Below, piece after piece: positions 1 to 12,855 of a stretch of 64,000 bases of DNA. This DNA is from Octopus sinensis (lineage: Eukaryota). The notes beneath the pieces were generated by a model. The model did no database searches and was not told where the DNA came from. It worked only from the letters and a program-made list of their open reading frames with translations. Position 1 is the first letter of the stretch; every line of letters begins with the position of its first letter. The translations under genes were made by a program, and so were the position numbers. The DNA is taken from the NCBI RefSeq assembly GCF_006345805.1, contig NC_043007.1, forward strand, positions 53,692,001 to 53,756,000, written 5' to 3'.

Positions 1-260
1 ACGAATGTAGACCATCACACCACCACCACGGCGGTTAATGCAGTTCTTGCGGAAAAGGTTGTACCTAGAAATGTTGAAAACCCCATCACAGAGTAAGGAA
101 TGTGCCCATGTTTCCATGACTGTGATGAAGTCAGGGTCAATACTTCTGACGTAGGAGTTGAACAGATGTATTTTGTTGCATAAACTGCGAGCAGTTAAGG
201 ACAACAATTTGTACCCTGCTTGCAGTTTATGATGGTGTGTAGAGGATGGCAGGTTGTTCT
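1..260 (-). pseudogene. N-terminus of ORF2 AP-endonuclease of a CR1/L2-type LINE (continues off the window's left edge)
   Basis: Manual minus-strand translation: YKLLSLTARSLCNKIHLFNSYVRSIDPDFITVMETWAH...YNLF/RKNCINRRGGGVMVYIR. This matches the APE motifs N-ARSL-NK, D-I--TETW and RGGGV--Y; one frameshift. Confidence 0.85.
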
Positions 261-299
261 GGTTTAGTTTCCCAGAGTTGCTGTAGTTTTTTTTCCATT

Positions 300-1330
300 T
301 TCAGTTATTGTGGGTAGAGAGCACTCAGACCAGCTGGTATCTCTCTTCCACGTTTCACCAGTCTTAACAAATCTCCAGATTTGTCCATCCTCACGAAGAC
401 TGAAACTTTCTTGCAGAGCTGAGTTCTGGTTCAGGGAAGCCACTACACGTAGCTTCGGATGTACATCGGGTGGTAAGCCTGGGCGTGTTCGGAAGGTAGT
501 CCGATTTTCATGCCCAGCTTTAACTGAGGCCAGATGGTATGAGTTGCCTCAGCGTGGTCTGAAAAAGACAGCTTGATGAGCCTGGGTTTTGGGTCAGGTC
601 GTCTAAGGCGGAGAGCACCCATTGGGGGAACGCAGCCTAGGTCTTTGGCTGAGTTGACAGCAAATGCCTGAAGATCAGCCATGTCTTCTGGTACCCCAAT
701 GGCAATAACTTCGTGGGTAGCAGAATCCGCAGTCTCCTCAGTGTTTTTAGATGCGGCAAGAGGTACAGGGAGGTTCTTTAGCAGAACATTCCGATAAGAC
801 CCCTCATTGTGGAGTCCTACCTGAATGCTTGCTTTTATTCCTGCTACTTCCCCTCTTAAAGCACAAATCGATTGTTGCAGTTCTGCAAGAACCGCACTGG
901 TCAATTGGTGTTGTTGTTGTTGTTGCTGCTACTACTGTAGTTGTGGTTGATTTTGTTGTTGCTGCTGTTGCTGTTCCACCTCCTCCACGGGAGTGGCAGG
1001 GGGAGACACAATCGTCGGTTGTGGAGGCACGCAGGCCTGACACTGAAAAGACCAAGATTTAAGCTGGACCATCTTCCAGAGTCCATCCATCATAGCATTA
1101 TGATGGCTCTTTTTTTGGCCTGGGATCTTCTGAAAGTCTGTGGCACATTGGAGGCAGACAGAGATGAGACATGTCCCACATTCGACCCAGCGATTACGGA
1201 ACGTATTTTCGGGTTCCGTACAGATGTGGCAGGTGTGATTTTCTGGGCAGTGTTCTATTTTGGAGCAGCGACCAGTCTTATCGCACTCCACTATGGATTC
1301 CACCATGGCGATTTTGTTGCTTTTGCTCAT
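300..1330 (-). pseudogene. LINE ORF1 (PHD finger, polyQ, coiled coil, RRM-like region), disrupted
   Basis: ORF 932..1330 has CHIC...WVECGTC..VCLQC...FQCQAC (PHD-like). It is in frame with ORF 443..904 across two CAG>TAG stops in a polyQ tract. Coiled coil LAELQQSICALRGEV and the IAIGVPE...RLRRPDPKPRLIKLSF motif are typical of CR1/L2 ORF1. Lies directly upstream of the APE. Confidence 0.8.
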
Positions 1331-1405
1331 CCGTAGAGACAGAAAATGTAAACAACAATACGATAAAAGTAAAATATTTGTTTTTGATTTGTTCTTTTTT
1401 TTATG

Positions 1406-4400
1406 GGTACTTGTATCGCAGAGTGGTCCCGGTTGCGCCCACGCGGATTCACGCGTGCCAGACGTAGGTACTCGATGCTCGAGATCCTACGAGGCGACTT
1501 GCGCATGCGCTGTGCGTGATTCACACATGCGCGTTACAACCCCTCCCCATATAATTTGTTAAACTTAATGAATTAATTTCTTCACACAAATGTATATAAT
1601 TTTTTGGGTAAAATTACAGAGTAACACCCGCACGATTTTCCCTAAAAAAAAATTTTTAAAAACGGATTTTTTAGATACCTTTCTGCTTTTTAAGACAATA
1701 AGGTGTTATTGGAGGGAAATCTGGCTGCTATTTCTAGCTGCCTGAGTGACAACATAGCGATTCCCTCGCGGATTTACAGATAAATGAATTAATTACTATT
1801 TTACAGAATAAAATTAATGAATTAATTATATAAATTAAATCATTCTTGAAAATTAATTAATATTAATAATATTTTTTGAACAAAGTAAATAATTTTTAAA
1901 ACTTAAATAATAATTTTTTTTTACACAATCGCGAACGTATATAATTTCTGAAACTTAATTATTTTTTTTTTTTTTACACAGACATATATACACAGACGTA
2001 AATAATTTGTTAAACTTAATGAATTAATTTCTTCACAGAAATGTATAAATTTTTTCGCATTAAATTCGGATTTTTTGCGTGGAATCAAGTACTTTGACCT
2101 CCTTACCCTAATATGCTACAAATCCCATATTTTGGTTCGGAAAAGGGGGTGGCGAATTGGATTTTTTTTTTTTTCGTTGAATGAATTGAATGAATAGAAA
2201 AAATGTATAATATATGTTGTACATACCTTAATTTTCTTTTTCATGACATTGTAGCAATTTTATGACAGTGTAGCAAAATAGTAGTCAATTAGATAAATAC
2301 CAGCACTACATTTTTTTTTCTAATATAGAAACATGATTTTTAATTTACGGCATAGATTTGAGGAGACAATTTTGTTGACTTCAGCCACATGTTCCAATTT
2401 CAAGCCGGTTTCTCTTGACCTCCAGCAAATTGTCAAATTCATATTCGACCAAATAAGACGATATCTCGCTGATATATTGGGTATTTTTTTTCAACCTCGT
2501 CACATAGTCACATATTTGCACCTTTCAATTTAAACAAAGTCTTTATTAAGCAATTACAACAGCTTAGCAGAAATGTCACGTTCTAATTTTTGTTTCTGAT
2601 ATCTCTCTGTCCCCCCCTCTCTTTCTCAAACTAATTTTTGTGTAGGTGGAAGTGTGGTGGGGAGACAGATGAACGATGTCTCATTCTCTGCTATATATAT
2701 ATAATGAACCATTTCTTAAACATACACGATATAGTCTATAAAACTGGGATGTTTTTGAAAGATAATATATTTTATCATCAGAATATATATACTTTCTCAC
2801 ACTACAATTAAGATATATTTATTTTAAATTGTTCATCTTTCTCCCCCCCCCCCCCACAACAAAAATTAGTTTGGAAGAGGAAAACTCTTGTTTTTCTTTT
2901 TTTTTCTTAAAACGATGGCATGAAGCTGGAGAAAGAGAGAGAGTTCTAAAATCTAACCAATCAGAGCTAACTGAATTCTTACCATGTGGTCTTGTATAGT
3001 TTATTTTCACTTTACAATTCCAGTTGAACTGTGAGATAAAATTAATTACGTCTGTTAAAAAAAAAATTATATAAGTTTTAAAAATATTATTAAATATGTT
3101 TTATGAGATAGAAAGTATCGTCAAAGACTTCGATACCATATATTCCTTCCTGAAGGAAAAGAAAATTTTGAATAACGTTTCTCCGCATTGTGTGCAATGC
3201 CAGAGAGAAATGACTCTGATAAAACATAAAGAAGAAAAGATATTTCGGTGCCCAACACACAAAGGGGAAAAAGTATCAATTAGGAAGAAATCCTACCTAG
3301 AAAATAGTAAATTAAAATGACATGACTTTATACATATAATATATTCATGGAGTAACAACTTACCAATATCATCAACAATAGAATTGACTGGATTGGCGAA
3401 ATCTACTGTTATTCAATGGTTTCAGTACATGCGTGATATCTGTAGTCACAATCTGGTCAATAACCCGTACCAAATTGGTGAGGTTGGGCACATTGTGGAA
3501 ATTGATGAATCCATGATGTACAAGAGAAAACATAACAGAGGTAGGATGCCACAGGAGAGATGGGTTTTCGGAGGATGGGACAGAGAAGACAAGAAAGGTT
3601 TTCTAGTGTTCGTACCTGACCATTCTTCTGAAACTCTGCTACCCATATTCAAAAAATTTATTAGACCGGGCACTACAATTCATTTGGATTGTTGGGGCGC
3701 CTATAATGGAATTGCTGAAAAGGATGTGACACCAAAATGCATCCATTTCACAGTGAACCATTCCCAGAATTTTGTGGATCCCATAACACATGTACACACA
3801 AATTCTGTGGAATGATACTGGAAGAATGCAAAAAGAAAATTTAAAACAATGAAGGGGGTACATTCCACCATGGTGGACTCTTACCTTGATGAATTTCTAT
3901 GGAAAGAACAGTATGGAAAAGATTGTGTTGAGAATATTCTTAAACATCTTTCAGAATGGTATACATTCGAACGGGAATGAACAATTGAGATACAGATGTC
4001 ACGCATGTATTGAAACCATTGAATAACAAAAATTAGAACATGACATTTCTGCTAAGCTGCCGTAATTGCTTAATTAAGACTTTGTTTAAATTGAAAGGTG
4101 CAAATATGTGACTATGTGATGAGGTTGAAAAAAAATACCCCAGAAAAAAAATGTAGTGCTGGTATTTATCTAATTGACTACTATTTTGCTACACTGTCAT
4201 AAAATTGCTACAATGTCATGAAAAAGAAAATTAAGGTATGTACAACATATATTATACATTTTTTCTATTCATTCAATTCATTCAACAAAAAAAAAAAAAA
4301 ATCCAATTCGCCACCCCCTTTTCCGAACCAAAATATGGGATTTGTAGCATATTAGGGTAAGGAGGTCAAAGTACTTGATTCCATGCAAAAAATCCGAATT

Positions 4401-4643
4401 TATATACGTCTGTGTTAAAAAAAATAATAATTAAGTTTCAGAAATTATATACGTTCGAGTTTGTGTAAAAAAAATTATTATTTAAGTTTAAAATTTGTTT
4501 TTTTTTTTTGGGGGGGGGGGAACGCGCACAGCGCATGCGCAAGTCACCTCGTAGGATCTCGAGTATCGAGTACCTACGTCTGGTTCGCGCGCACGCGCGA
4601 ATCCGCGTGTGCACAACCGGGACCACTCTGCGATACAAGTACC
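1406..4643 (+). mobile_element. Merlin (IS1595/ISXO2-like) DNA transposon with long TIRs
   Basis: Termini GGTACTTGTATCGCAGAGTGGTCCCGG...CCGGGACCACTCTGCGATACAAGTACC. Flanking TTTTTTAT at 1397-1404 and 4644-4651 (8-9 bp TSD). Inverted homology also at 2062-2315 vs 4145-4402 and 2478-2592 vs 4027-4141. Confidence 0.9.
3096..3980 (+). pseudogene. Merlin/ISXO2-like DDE transposase with two premature TGA stops
   Basis: Zn ribbon CVQC...FRC; VEIDES..KRKHNRGR, WVFGG, IRPGTTIHLDCWGAY, VNHSQNFVDP..VHTNSVE, then *YWKNAKRK..DSYLDEFLW. Stops at ~3318 and ~3813 in an otherwise single frame. Confidence 0.92.
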
Positions 4644-5184
4644 TTTTTTATATATATTCCTTTTGTTCTTAAATATTGTGTGTGTATATACAAAAGGATT
4701 TGTGCATATGTTTAGTTATGACCCATGTAGACACGGAGACAGTTTGTAAACAGAAATGAAATCAGTGATTTTTTATTTTTTGCAGTGTAGTCCGTCACAT
4801 TAAATAGTGTGATTTATTTTCACTCTGCGCGTATATATATGTGTGCTACAAGTATCTATGTATGTATGTATGTTGCTGCTTTATAAATTTTGGATGTACT
4901 TACTATCGTTCAACGTCAGTCGTGATTTTCTTTTACCCTCACCTACACGTGGTATCTTCTTCCATTGTAGATCTGTGGTGGTTATCGTCGTAATATTTTC
5001 TCTTTAGTTTCTTTGCCAAATTGATTATACCCTAATCAAACCATTTGTTTGTCTACTTGTGAATGTGTCTTTGTTTTAATAACATTGTATTTTCCTCCTT
5101 TTCCTTTTTCATTCCCATATTATATGGAACTTCGGTGGACAGCTACTCTAAAACTCTAGCTGCCAGCTCACCATCTTGACCATT

Positions 5185-5546
5185 CTTTTATTCTTTTACT
5201 TGTTTCAGTCATTTGACTGTGGCCATGCTGGTGCACTGCCTTTAGTCAAACAAATCAACCCCAGAACTTTTTCTTTGTAAGCCTAGTATCTATTCTATCG
5301 GTTTCTTATGCCAAACTGCTAAGTTATGAGGATGTAAACACACCAACATCGGTTGTGAAGCGATGATGGAGGGACAGACACAGTCACACAAACATCCCAC
5401 ACACATACATATGACAGGCTTCTTACAGTTTTCGTCCACCAAGGCTATAGTAGAAGATACATTCCCAAGGTGCTACGCAGTGGGACTGAACTCAGAACCA
5501 TGTGGTTGGGAAGCCAACTTCTTACCACACACCCACTCCTGCGCCA
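5185..5546 (-). mobile_element. tRNA-derived SINE, family A (Octopus-type)
   Basis: Minus strand begins GGCGCAGGAGTGGGTGTGTGGTAAG (A box) ...GAGTTCAGTCCC (B box-like) and ends ...CAAATGACTGAAACAAGTAAAAGAATAAAAGAAT; same family as 12248-12650. Confidence 0.85.
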
Positions 5547-5557
5547 TATATATATCT

Positions 5558-6735
5558 TATCATCATCATTTAACATCTATTTCCCTTACTGGCATGGGTT
5601 GGATGGCTGGATAGGAGCTGGTAAGGCCAGGAGTTGTACCAGGCTCCATTGTCTATTTTGGCATGGTTTCTATGGCTGGATGCCCTTCTTAACACCAACC
5701 ACTTTATAGAGTTTACAGTGTGCTTTGTACATGCCACTTGTGTAAGTGTTTTTTATATGGCACCAGCACCAGTGCTTTTCACATGCATCATCACCAACTG
5801 GGTCACCAAGTACTCTGCCAGACAAAAGCCCCTCAACTGGAAGGGGTTGAGGGGTGGCTTTGTGTCAGTTGAGTGATTAAAGGTATAGAGGGACAGAGAT
5901 AGATATCTTGCTGTAAACATATGGATGCTCCTGTTAAAAAAGAGAGGAGAGTGAGATACAGAATAACATAAGGAGAGTGATAGTGAGAGAGATGATGGTG
6001 AAGATGTGTTGGGACATGCTCTTGAGGGATATTGAGGGTGGTGAGAAAATGGGTGAGATGATTCAGAGATTTGGACTGAGTGAGTGGGCAGGATAGAGGT
6101 AACTGTAGCAAATGATGGAAATATAGGAGAGGCTAAGGGACAGGGATTGCAATAGGTATGTGAGGGCATTGAGGGTGATAGCAGATAAGCAAGGTGTTAA
6201 TGATAGAAATCAGCATCAGGAAGAGAAAGTGCAGAAAGGAGGTGATTAGTAATAATAGTAGGTATGTGAAGATGATGGAAAATCGAAGTGGTTGAGGTGA
6301 GGAAGAAAGGTAACTGAGAAAGCCTGGTGCAGGGAGGTATGTGCTTATTGCGCTCTCTGATGATAGAGGGGTGATGAGCATTAGGAGATGAAATGTTTGA
6401 GGAAATAGTTGATGGAGCAGAAAGGTTAGGGAGAGAGTAGGACTAAGCCCCTTCTTGGACAAGCATTACCAAGGTGGTTTTAGGATATCAATTCTGCTAT
6501 GGTGAGGGATCTTGTAAGGTGCCAGATATCTCAGTCCTTTGTTATCTCCTTTGTAAGGCTCAAAGTCTTGAGATTGGCCTTCAATACTTTGTCCCATGTC
6601 TTCTGGGGCCTCCCTCTTAAGCGATAAGCACTTCTTTATGCAACTGTCTTTATCCATATGCATCCCATGACCAAACCAATGCAGTCTTCTCTCTAGCACA
6701 CTGCATCTAATTCTTGTTATGCCTAACTTCTATCT
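5558..6735 (-). mobile_element. Decayed RTE-clade LINE 3' fragment with an internal unrelated insertion
   Basis: (ATC)n tail at 5558, RTE 3'UTR motifs (CATGGGTTGGA, GGATGCCCTTC), and ORF remnant ERRLHWFGHGMHMDKDSCIKKC at 6466-6699. Confidence 0.7.
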
Positions 6736-6996
6736 CATTAAAATACCTTACTAGTTTCAACAATTTTTTGTTTCAATGGTAAATAAAAAAAAGTTTAAGA
6801 GAGATCAATCTCTCTTAAGACAAAATTCAGTAAGACATGCTTAAAAATTCAAATGTTCATACAAATTGGCTTTTTTTGCTGACACCAATTGTCAAGTAGA
6901 AGTCAGAGACAAACAAAGATGCAAACACACAGACAAATATGTATGTATACATAAATATATATATACGAGGTGACAATATTAAGGAGTGACATATGT

Positions 6997-8768
6997 AAAT
7001 ACAAACTTGTTACCAGTCCAAATATGCTTCAGGATTATTCAAACCCGTAAGAAAGAGATTCGCAGTATTTTGTCAGGGAAAAAATTTTTCACTGCCGACC
7101 AAGAAGTGTAAATACACTAAGTCTGCTCACAGTGTTCTTTAAACAAACTGTTGGGTGCATGCATTTCAGAATGGTTATCTCCTCTGTGGCAACAGAGACT
7201 GGAAAAGCAGATACTGCAAACAGACGCAAGAGACAGGTCCCTCTTATAATATTAATGCCATTATTCAGTGACTGGTTGCACTATGCAGTAGCCCACCATA
7301 TAAAAAATATACAACATAGTTAAGTAGTGATGTGTATAAATACAAACTTGTTACCAGTTCAGATATGCTTGAGGCATCATCATCATCATCATTATCGTTT
7401 AACGTCCGTTTTCCATGCTAGCATGGGTTGGACGGTTCGACCAGGATCTGGGCAGCCAGAAGGCTGCACCATGCCCCAGTCTGATCTGGCAGTGTTTCTA
7501 CAGCTGGATGCCCTTCCTAACACCAACCACTCCGTAAGTGTAGTGGGTGCTTTTTACGTGCCACCAGCACAGGTGCCAGGCGAGGCTGGCAACGACCATG
7601 ATCGGATTGGTGCTTTTTACATGCCACCAGCACGGAAGCCAGTCAAGGCGGCACTGGCATCAGCCACATTCGGATTGTGCTTTTTACATGCCACCGGCAC
7701 GGAAGCCAGTCAAGGCGGTGCTGACATCAGCCACGTTTGGATGGTGCTTTTTACGTGCCACCGGCACAGGGATCACGACTACAATTTCCATTGATTTTTG
7801 ATGTTGATGTACTTGACTCAATAGGTTTCCACAAGCACAGGGTCGAAACAATGTTTCTTTACTTGCCACCTGCACAGGAGTCAGTCCAGCAGCACTGGCA
7901 ACTGCCGGGTGCTAGTCATAGGATTGGTTCAATTTTGATTCCGATTTCACTTGCCCAAACAGGTCTTCACAAGCAGAGTTTAGTGTCCAATGGAGGGAGG
8001 TTGGCATGGGTGCCAGTCGTTGGATGAGGTTCGATTTTGAATTTAATTTCGACTTCACTTGCCTCAACAGGTCTTCGCGTGCCCAAGGAAGGAAAGGCAT
8101 GCATAAGTGGACTGACAAAGGACATGGGATGGACTCACTTGTCCTGCCGGGTCTTCTCACGCACAGCATATTCCCAAATGTCTCAGTCACTAGTCATTGT
8201 CTCAGTGAGGCTTAATGTTCGAAGGTCGTGTTTCACCACCTCATCCCAGGTCTTCCTGGGCCTACCTCTTCCACAGGTTCCCTCAAGCGCTAAGAATTGG
8301 CACTTTTTCATACACCTATCTTCATCCATTTTCGCCACATGACCATACCAGTGCAATCATCTCTCTAGCACACCACAGCTGATGCTTCTTAGATTCAACT
8401 TTTCCCTCAAGGTACTTACACTCTGTCGAGTATGTACACTGACATTACACATCCATCGGAGCATACTGGCTTCATTCCTCGTGAGCTTACGCATATCCTC
8501 AGCAGTCACGGCCCATGTTTCCCTGCCATGTAGTTTGTATGCATACCTGTAAGAAAGTGTCTGCATTTCCAGTTTCTGTGGCTCAAGAGGAGATAACCAC
8601 TCCAAAATGCATGCATCTAACAGACTGGTTAGCGAACACTGAGCTGACTCAGTGTATTTATACCTATTTATCTACAGAAAGAAATTTTCTCCATAACAAA
8701 ACATAGTGAATGAAAACACAGGTTTGAATATGCCTCAAGCATATTGGACTAGTAACAAGTTTGTATGT
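6997..8768. repeat. Probable MITE-like element with ~45 bp inverted termini, interrupted by an RTE
   Basis: ATACAAACTTGTTACCAGT(C/T)CA.ATATGCTT at ~6999 and ~7340; its reverse complement GCCTCAAGCATATTGGACTAGTAACAAGTTTGTAT at ~8731-8766. Confidence 0.45.
7375..8555 (-). mobile_element. RTE-clade LINE, 5'-truncated (ORF2 C-terminus and 3'UTR)
   Basis: LHGRETWAVTAEDMRKLTRNEASMLRWMCNVS...GRGRPRKTWDEVVKHDLRTL; (TGA)n tail; homologous to 32830-33668. Confidence 0.9.
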
Positions 8769-8784
8769 GTGTGTGTGTATATAT

Positions 8785-8955
8785 ATCCAAATGATAAGAA
8801 GACAAAAAATTCTTTAATGATTCGTTAGAATTGTTTCTGTACCAACTCTATTTGCAGTGACAGTTTACTGGCATTGCAAATAGAGTTGGTACAGAAGCAA
8901 TTGTAATGAATCATTAAAGATGTGTTAAAGAAATTGTCTTCTTATCATTTGGATT
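8785..8955. repeat. Short foldback carrying the 3' half of a hammerhead motif in both arms
   Basis: ATCCAAATGATAAGAAGAC...TGTACCAACTCTATTTGCA loop TGCAAATAGAGTTGGTACA...GTCTTCTTATCATTTGGAT; arms contain decayed GAAAC-AATT-GTA. Confidence 0.7.
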
Positions 8956-9119
8956 ATTTGCTCTTCACCAAACCTATTTTATGGTGTGATCATTGTGAAA
9001 CTTGGATTTTCTACAGCTGAGGAATTCTGGCCTTGGCCTGGAACCTGACAGTGTTGATAGCCCAGTATTTGGGTTGAGTGCTTAGAATATTATGTATATA
9101 TATTCAGCTATCATAACAA

Positions 9120-9660
9120 GGTAATGACTAGTGACTGAGATCTTTAGCAATATACCATGCTTCAAAAGACCCGTCAAGCCAAGTGAAATCGTAGTCATGT
9201 TACATAACTGACACCTGTGCTGGTGACATGTAAAAAGCACCTTTCGAGCACTGGACTTCAAGGAGACAATGTGGCTGATGCTGGTGTCATGTAGCTAACA
9301 CTGATGTCAGTGGCACATAAAAAGCACCTTTCAAGCTTTGAGCCCCACAGATGCAATGACAAATGACCAAGACCTTTGGCAATATAGCATGCTTGAGAAG
9401 AAGACCCATCAAGCCAAATGAAATTATAGTCATGGCAGATACTAGTGTCACACCGTGCCGGTGGCATGTAAAAGCACCCATTACACTCTTGTTGATGTTA
9501 GGAAGGGCATCCAGCCATAGAAACCATGTCAAATCAGACTGGAGTCTGGTGCAACCCCCCAGCTTAGCAGCCCTGGTCAAACTGTTCAACCCATGCCAAC
9601 ATGGACAACAGATGTAAAATGATGATGCTGCTGCTGCAGATGATGGTGATGATGATGATG
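9120..9660 (+). mobile_element. RTE LINE 3' end fragments
   Basis: GTGCCGGTGGCATGTAAAAGCAC modules, GTTAGGAAGGGCATCCAGC, (TGA)n tail. Confidence 0.75.
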
Positions 9661-9668
9661 ATATATTG

Positions 9669-9719
<51 letters not shown>

Positions 9720-9744
9720 GTATCTTTATCCTTTGCTTTTTACT

Positions 9745-10910
9745 TGTTTCAGAATAATTTCTAGTTGAATGAATATTTTTTTTTTTGGCTGACAGGTCCA
9801 TTAAAATTGTAAATGTTGATAAAGAAACTCTTTCTCTATGGTAACTCCTCTTCCTGTTCTTCTTCATTACAGGAAAATAATGGGTTCCAAGCAAAAATAT
9901 TGTGCTATCATTGAGTTCTTGATGATGTGGGCAGGGTGCAGGCTATTCAATCTCCACATAATGCTGCAGGTTATTTGCAGAGATGCACCATTAAAAAGAG
10001 TAATGTACAAAGCTGGGTAAAGACATTTAAAGAAGGTGAATCCAGCACCAAAGACAAACTATGCAGTGGGAGGCCATCAACTGTGACCACTGGCATCAAT
10101 CACCAGTGAGTAGACAACTTGATTTGCACAGACAGACAAGTTATAATCCATGGACTTGCTACAAAACTAGACTGTAGCCAAAATGAATTACAGAAAATTC
10201 TGGAAGACCTTGGATATCAGAAATTGTTCATCTTCACAGTTGACAGCTGATTTGAAAGGGAGAAGGTTGAAAATTTGCTCACATCTGCTGGAAGTATTTG
10301 AAACCAGTGAAATAAAATTTTACTTGATTGAGTGACAGAGAATGAAGTGTGGCTGTTTCTTTTATGATGTGAAAATGAAGATTCTTCAAGGCCTAAGAAG
10401 TTCAAGAACCAGTGATGTTTTTTTTTTTTTTGGATACCAAGAGCACCATTCTGTTTGATTTTCTTGAATGTGACTGTACACTGAGACACTTGAATGTTTT
10501 AGAGAGACTATTAAGAGGAAGAAATTGAACAAGAATCTGAAAATGATCCACATTCACCATGATCATGCATGACCACATGCATTTTTGGCAACAAATCAGA
10601 CAACTGGAAAATTAGGTTGGTCAGTGCTACAGCCCCCTCCAATGTACAGCCTTGATCTAGCACCCTCTAACTTTCACCTCTTTAATCCAAGGACAGTCTT
10701 CAGGAACAACAATTTGATGGCACAGATAAGGTGAAAGCGACTGTGAAGAAGTGGATGCAAGAGTGCACCTCTGAATTTTTTTCAAAGAAGATTTGAGTTT
10801 AGTTCATTGATGGCATAAATGCATTGCTTTTAATGAAAACTATGTTGAGTAGTACCTTTGTATAGAGAAAGAGTTACTCTACCAGCATGTGCAATTTGAA
10901 TGACCCATGT
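9745..10910 (+). mobile_element. Decayed mariner (DD34D) transposon
   Basis: Fragments WVKTFKEGESSTKDKLCSGRPST, ILEDLGYQK, HHDHA*PH, YSLDLAPSNFHLF, WHKCIAFNENYVE*; many stops and frameshifts. Confidence 0.85.
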
Positions 10911-11064
10911 CAGTCAGCTAAAATTTTATGCCCACTTTTTCATCAATTTCAGGATAACCCACATATGCGCACATGTGTGTGTGGTACAAATCTAATATCG
11001 TTTTAATTACAACATGAGAAATACATTTTATGAAAATAAATATTAATATTAATGATAATAAAAG

Positions 11065-11272
11065 GCAGCAAGTTAGCAGAATTGTTAGCACACCAGACAA
11101 AATGACTAGTGCCATTTTGTCCATCCTTACATTCTGACTTCAAATTCCACTGGGATCCACTTTGCTTTTTATTCTTTTGGTGTCGCTGAAATAAGTACCA
11201 GTGGGGTCAGTGTAATCAACTTAGACCCTCTACCCCAAATTGTTGGCCTTATGCCAAAATTTGAAGCGAATA
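11065..11272 (+). repeat. Short SINE-like repeat (a second, reversed relative at ~11690-11900)
   Basis: GGCAGCAAGTTAGCAGAATTGTTAGCAC...GACTTCAAATTCC (tRNA-like A/B boxes) ...AAATAAGTACCAGT; similar minus-strand sequence at 11745-11895. Confidence 0.5.
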
Positions 11273-12247
11273 TTAATAATAATATAAATATAATAAATTC
11301 ATAATACATATATACATACATGTAGAATATCTCTAATGCATAAATCTTTAGGCATAAATTTAAAATAATGCACTTAACTCTTAGAAGAAATTCATTATAT
11401 ATCGCTTATAAGATTTTTCTGGAGTAGAGAGAGACACAGGGAAAAAAAGATAGAGAAAAAGTTTTAGCTGAGAAAAATACATACAATATAGGAGGAACAA
11501 TTATTAACATACATTTGTTACGCATTTTCAAATTTCTTTCTGATTATATAAAAAAAAGTTGATTTAATATATATATATATTTTTTTTTTTTCATAAGCTT
11601 ATGATTTAAAGTGTACAATATTTTCTCAAGTATTAAAATTTTGTATTTTAATGTGTTTTTATAAATGACTTGAAATCAGAATTTATAGAACTGGAACAAA
11701 ATACTGCAAGGCATTTTATCTAACACTAGCATTACCCCTGCTTTCTTACTGGTACTTTATTTTATCAACTCCTGAAGTATGAAATATAATATTGACTTGA
11801 CTTCTGTAGGACTTGAACTCATAACGTAAGAGACATGGCTAAATACTGCAAAGCATTTTGTTTCATACTCTACTGATTCAGCCAATCCACTGCCCACATA
11901 ATTGATGATATTAAATTTTTTTGTTTAACTTATAATTACATGATAAAAGCATCTGCTACCTGGAATACAATTCATAACAAAATATGCAATTGTTTTGTGT
12001 AGTAGCAATAATAATACTGATGATAATACATTTTTTATTTTCATTATAGTCAGGACAAAACAAGTTGCCACATGGAATGATGAATTCTAGCAAAAAGTTC
12101 CACTGATTTGTGGAACAGATATCATGTCACTTATTTAGCTACTAACTCAACTGACACTGGTTTTTAACTTTTCTTAAACTGTTATTTGATGATGGTATTG
12201 GTTATGTCCTTGATTTCTGCTGTACTTTCATCTCTATTTTTGTGATA

Positions 12248-12650
12248 GGTGCAGGAGTGGCTGTGTGGTAAGTAGCTTGCTAACCAATCACATGGTTCCG
12301 GGTTCAGTCCCACTGCATGGCACCTTGGGCAAGTGTCTTCTGCTATAGCCTCGGGCCGATCAATGCCTTGTGAGTGGATTTGGTAGACGGAAACTGAAAG
12401 AAGCCTGTCATATATATATATATATATGTATGTTTGTGTGTCTGTGTTTGTCCCCCTAGCATTGCTTGACAACCGATGCTGGTGTGTTTACGTCCCCGTC
12501 ACTTAGCGGTTCGGCAAAAAGAGACCAATAGAATAAGTACTGGGCTTACAAAGAATAAGTCCCAGGGTCGATTTGCTTGACTAAAGGCGGTGCTCCAGCA
12601 TGGCCACAGTCAAATGACTGAAACAAGTAAAAGAAAGAAAGAAAGAAAGA
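12248..12650 (+). mobile_element. Full-length tRNA-derived SINE, family A
   Basis: GGTGCAGGAGTGGCTGTGTGGTAAG (A box), GGTTCAGTCCC (B box-like), CACCTTGGGCAAGTG core, internal (TA)n/(TG)n, (AAAG)n tail. Confidence 0.9.
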
Positions 12651-12855
12651 CCAAATTTGAAGATTTGACTGTTATTATTGCTGCTTTTTTAGTGTTGTTA
12701 TTACTGGACTCTTGGTGCTGTTATTAATTGTGATGACAGCAATTATTTTCTAGGTCCCTTCATTACTTATTAAGTTATTTATGAATCACCAATCCTTCAT
12801 TTTATTTAATATTTTAATCTTGTTTTTTTTCTTTTAACCTTTGTTTAATATTTAG

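Noticed and set aside
932-1330. Host PHD-finger gene
   Set aside because: Contiguous with LINE ORF1 motifs and an APE domain, and contains nonsense codons.
3096-3980. Bacterial IS1595 contamination or horizontal transfer
   Set aside because: Long TIRs, a TSD and a host repeat nested in the TIR fit the eukaryotic Merlin superfamily.
7547-7767. CRISPR-like array: four 24-nt partly palindromic repeats with 39-43 nt spacers
   Set aside because: Spacers 2 and 3 are near-copies, the unit is part of an RTE 3'UTR repeated elsewhere in the window, the DNA is eukaryotic, and there are no cas genes.
9012-9060. CTGAGGA followed by a GGCC hairpin as another hammerhead
   Set aside because: No GAAA or stem III / cleavage triplet follows.
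12030-12140. Possible additional decarboxylase exon after TTTTCATTATAG
   Set aside because: The frames I read close quickly and show no ThDP-enzyme motif.
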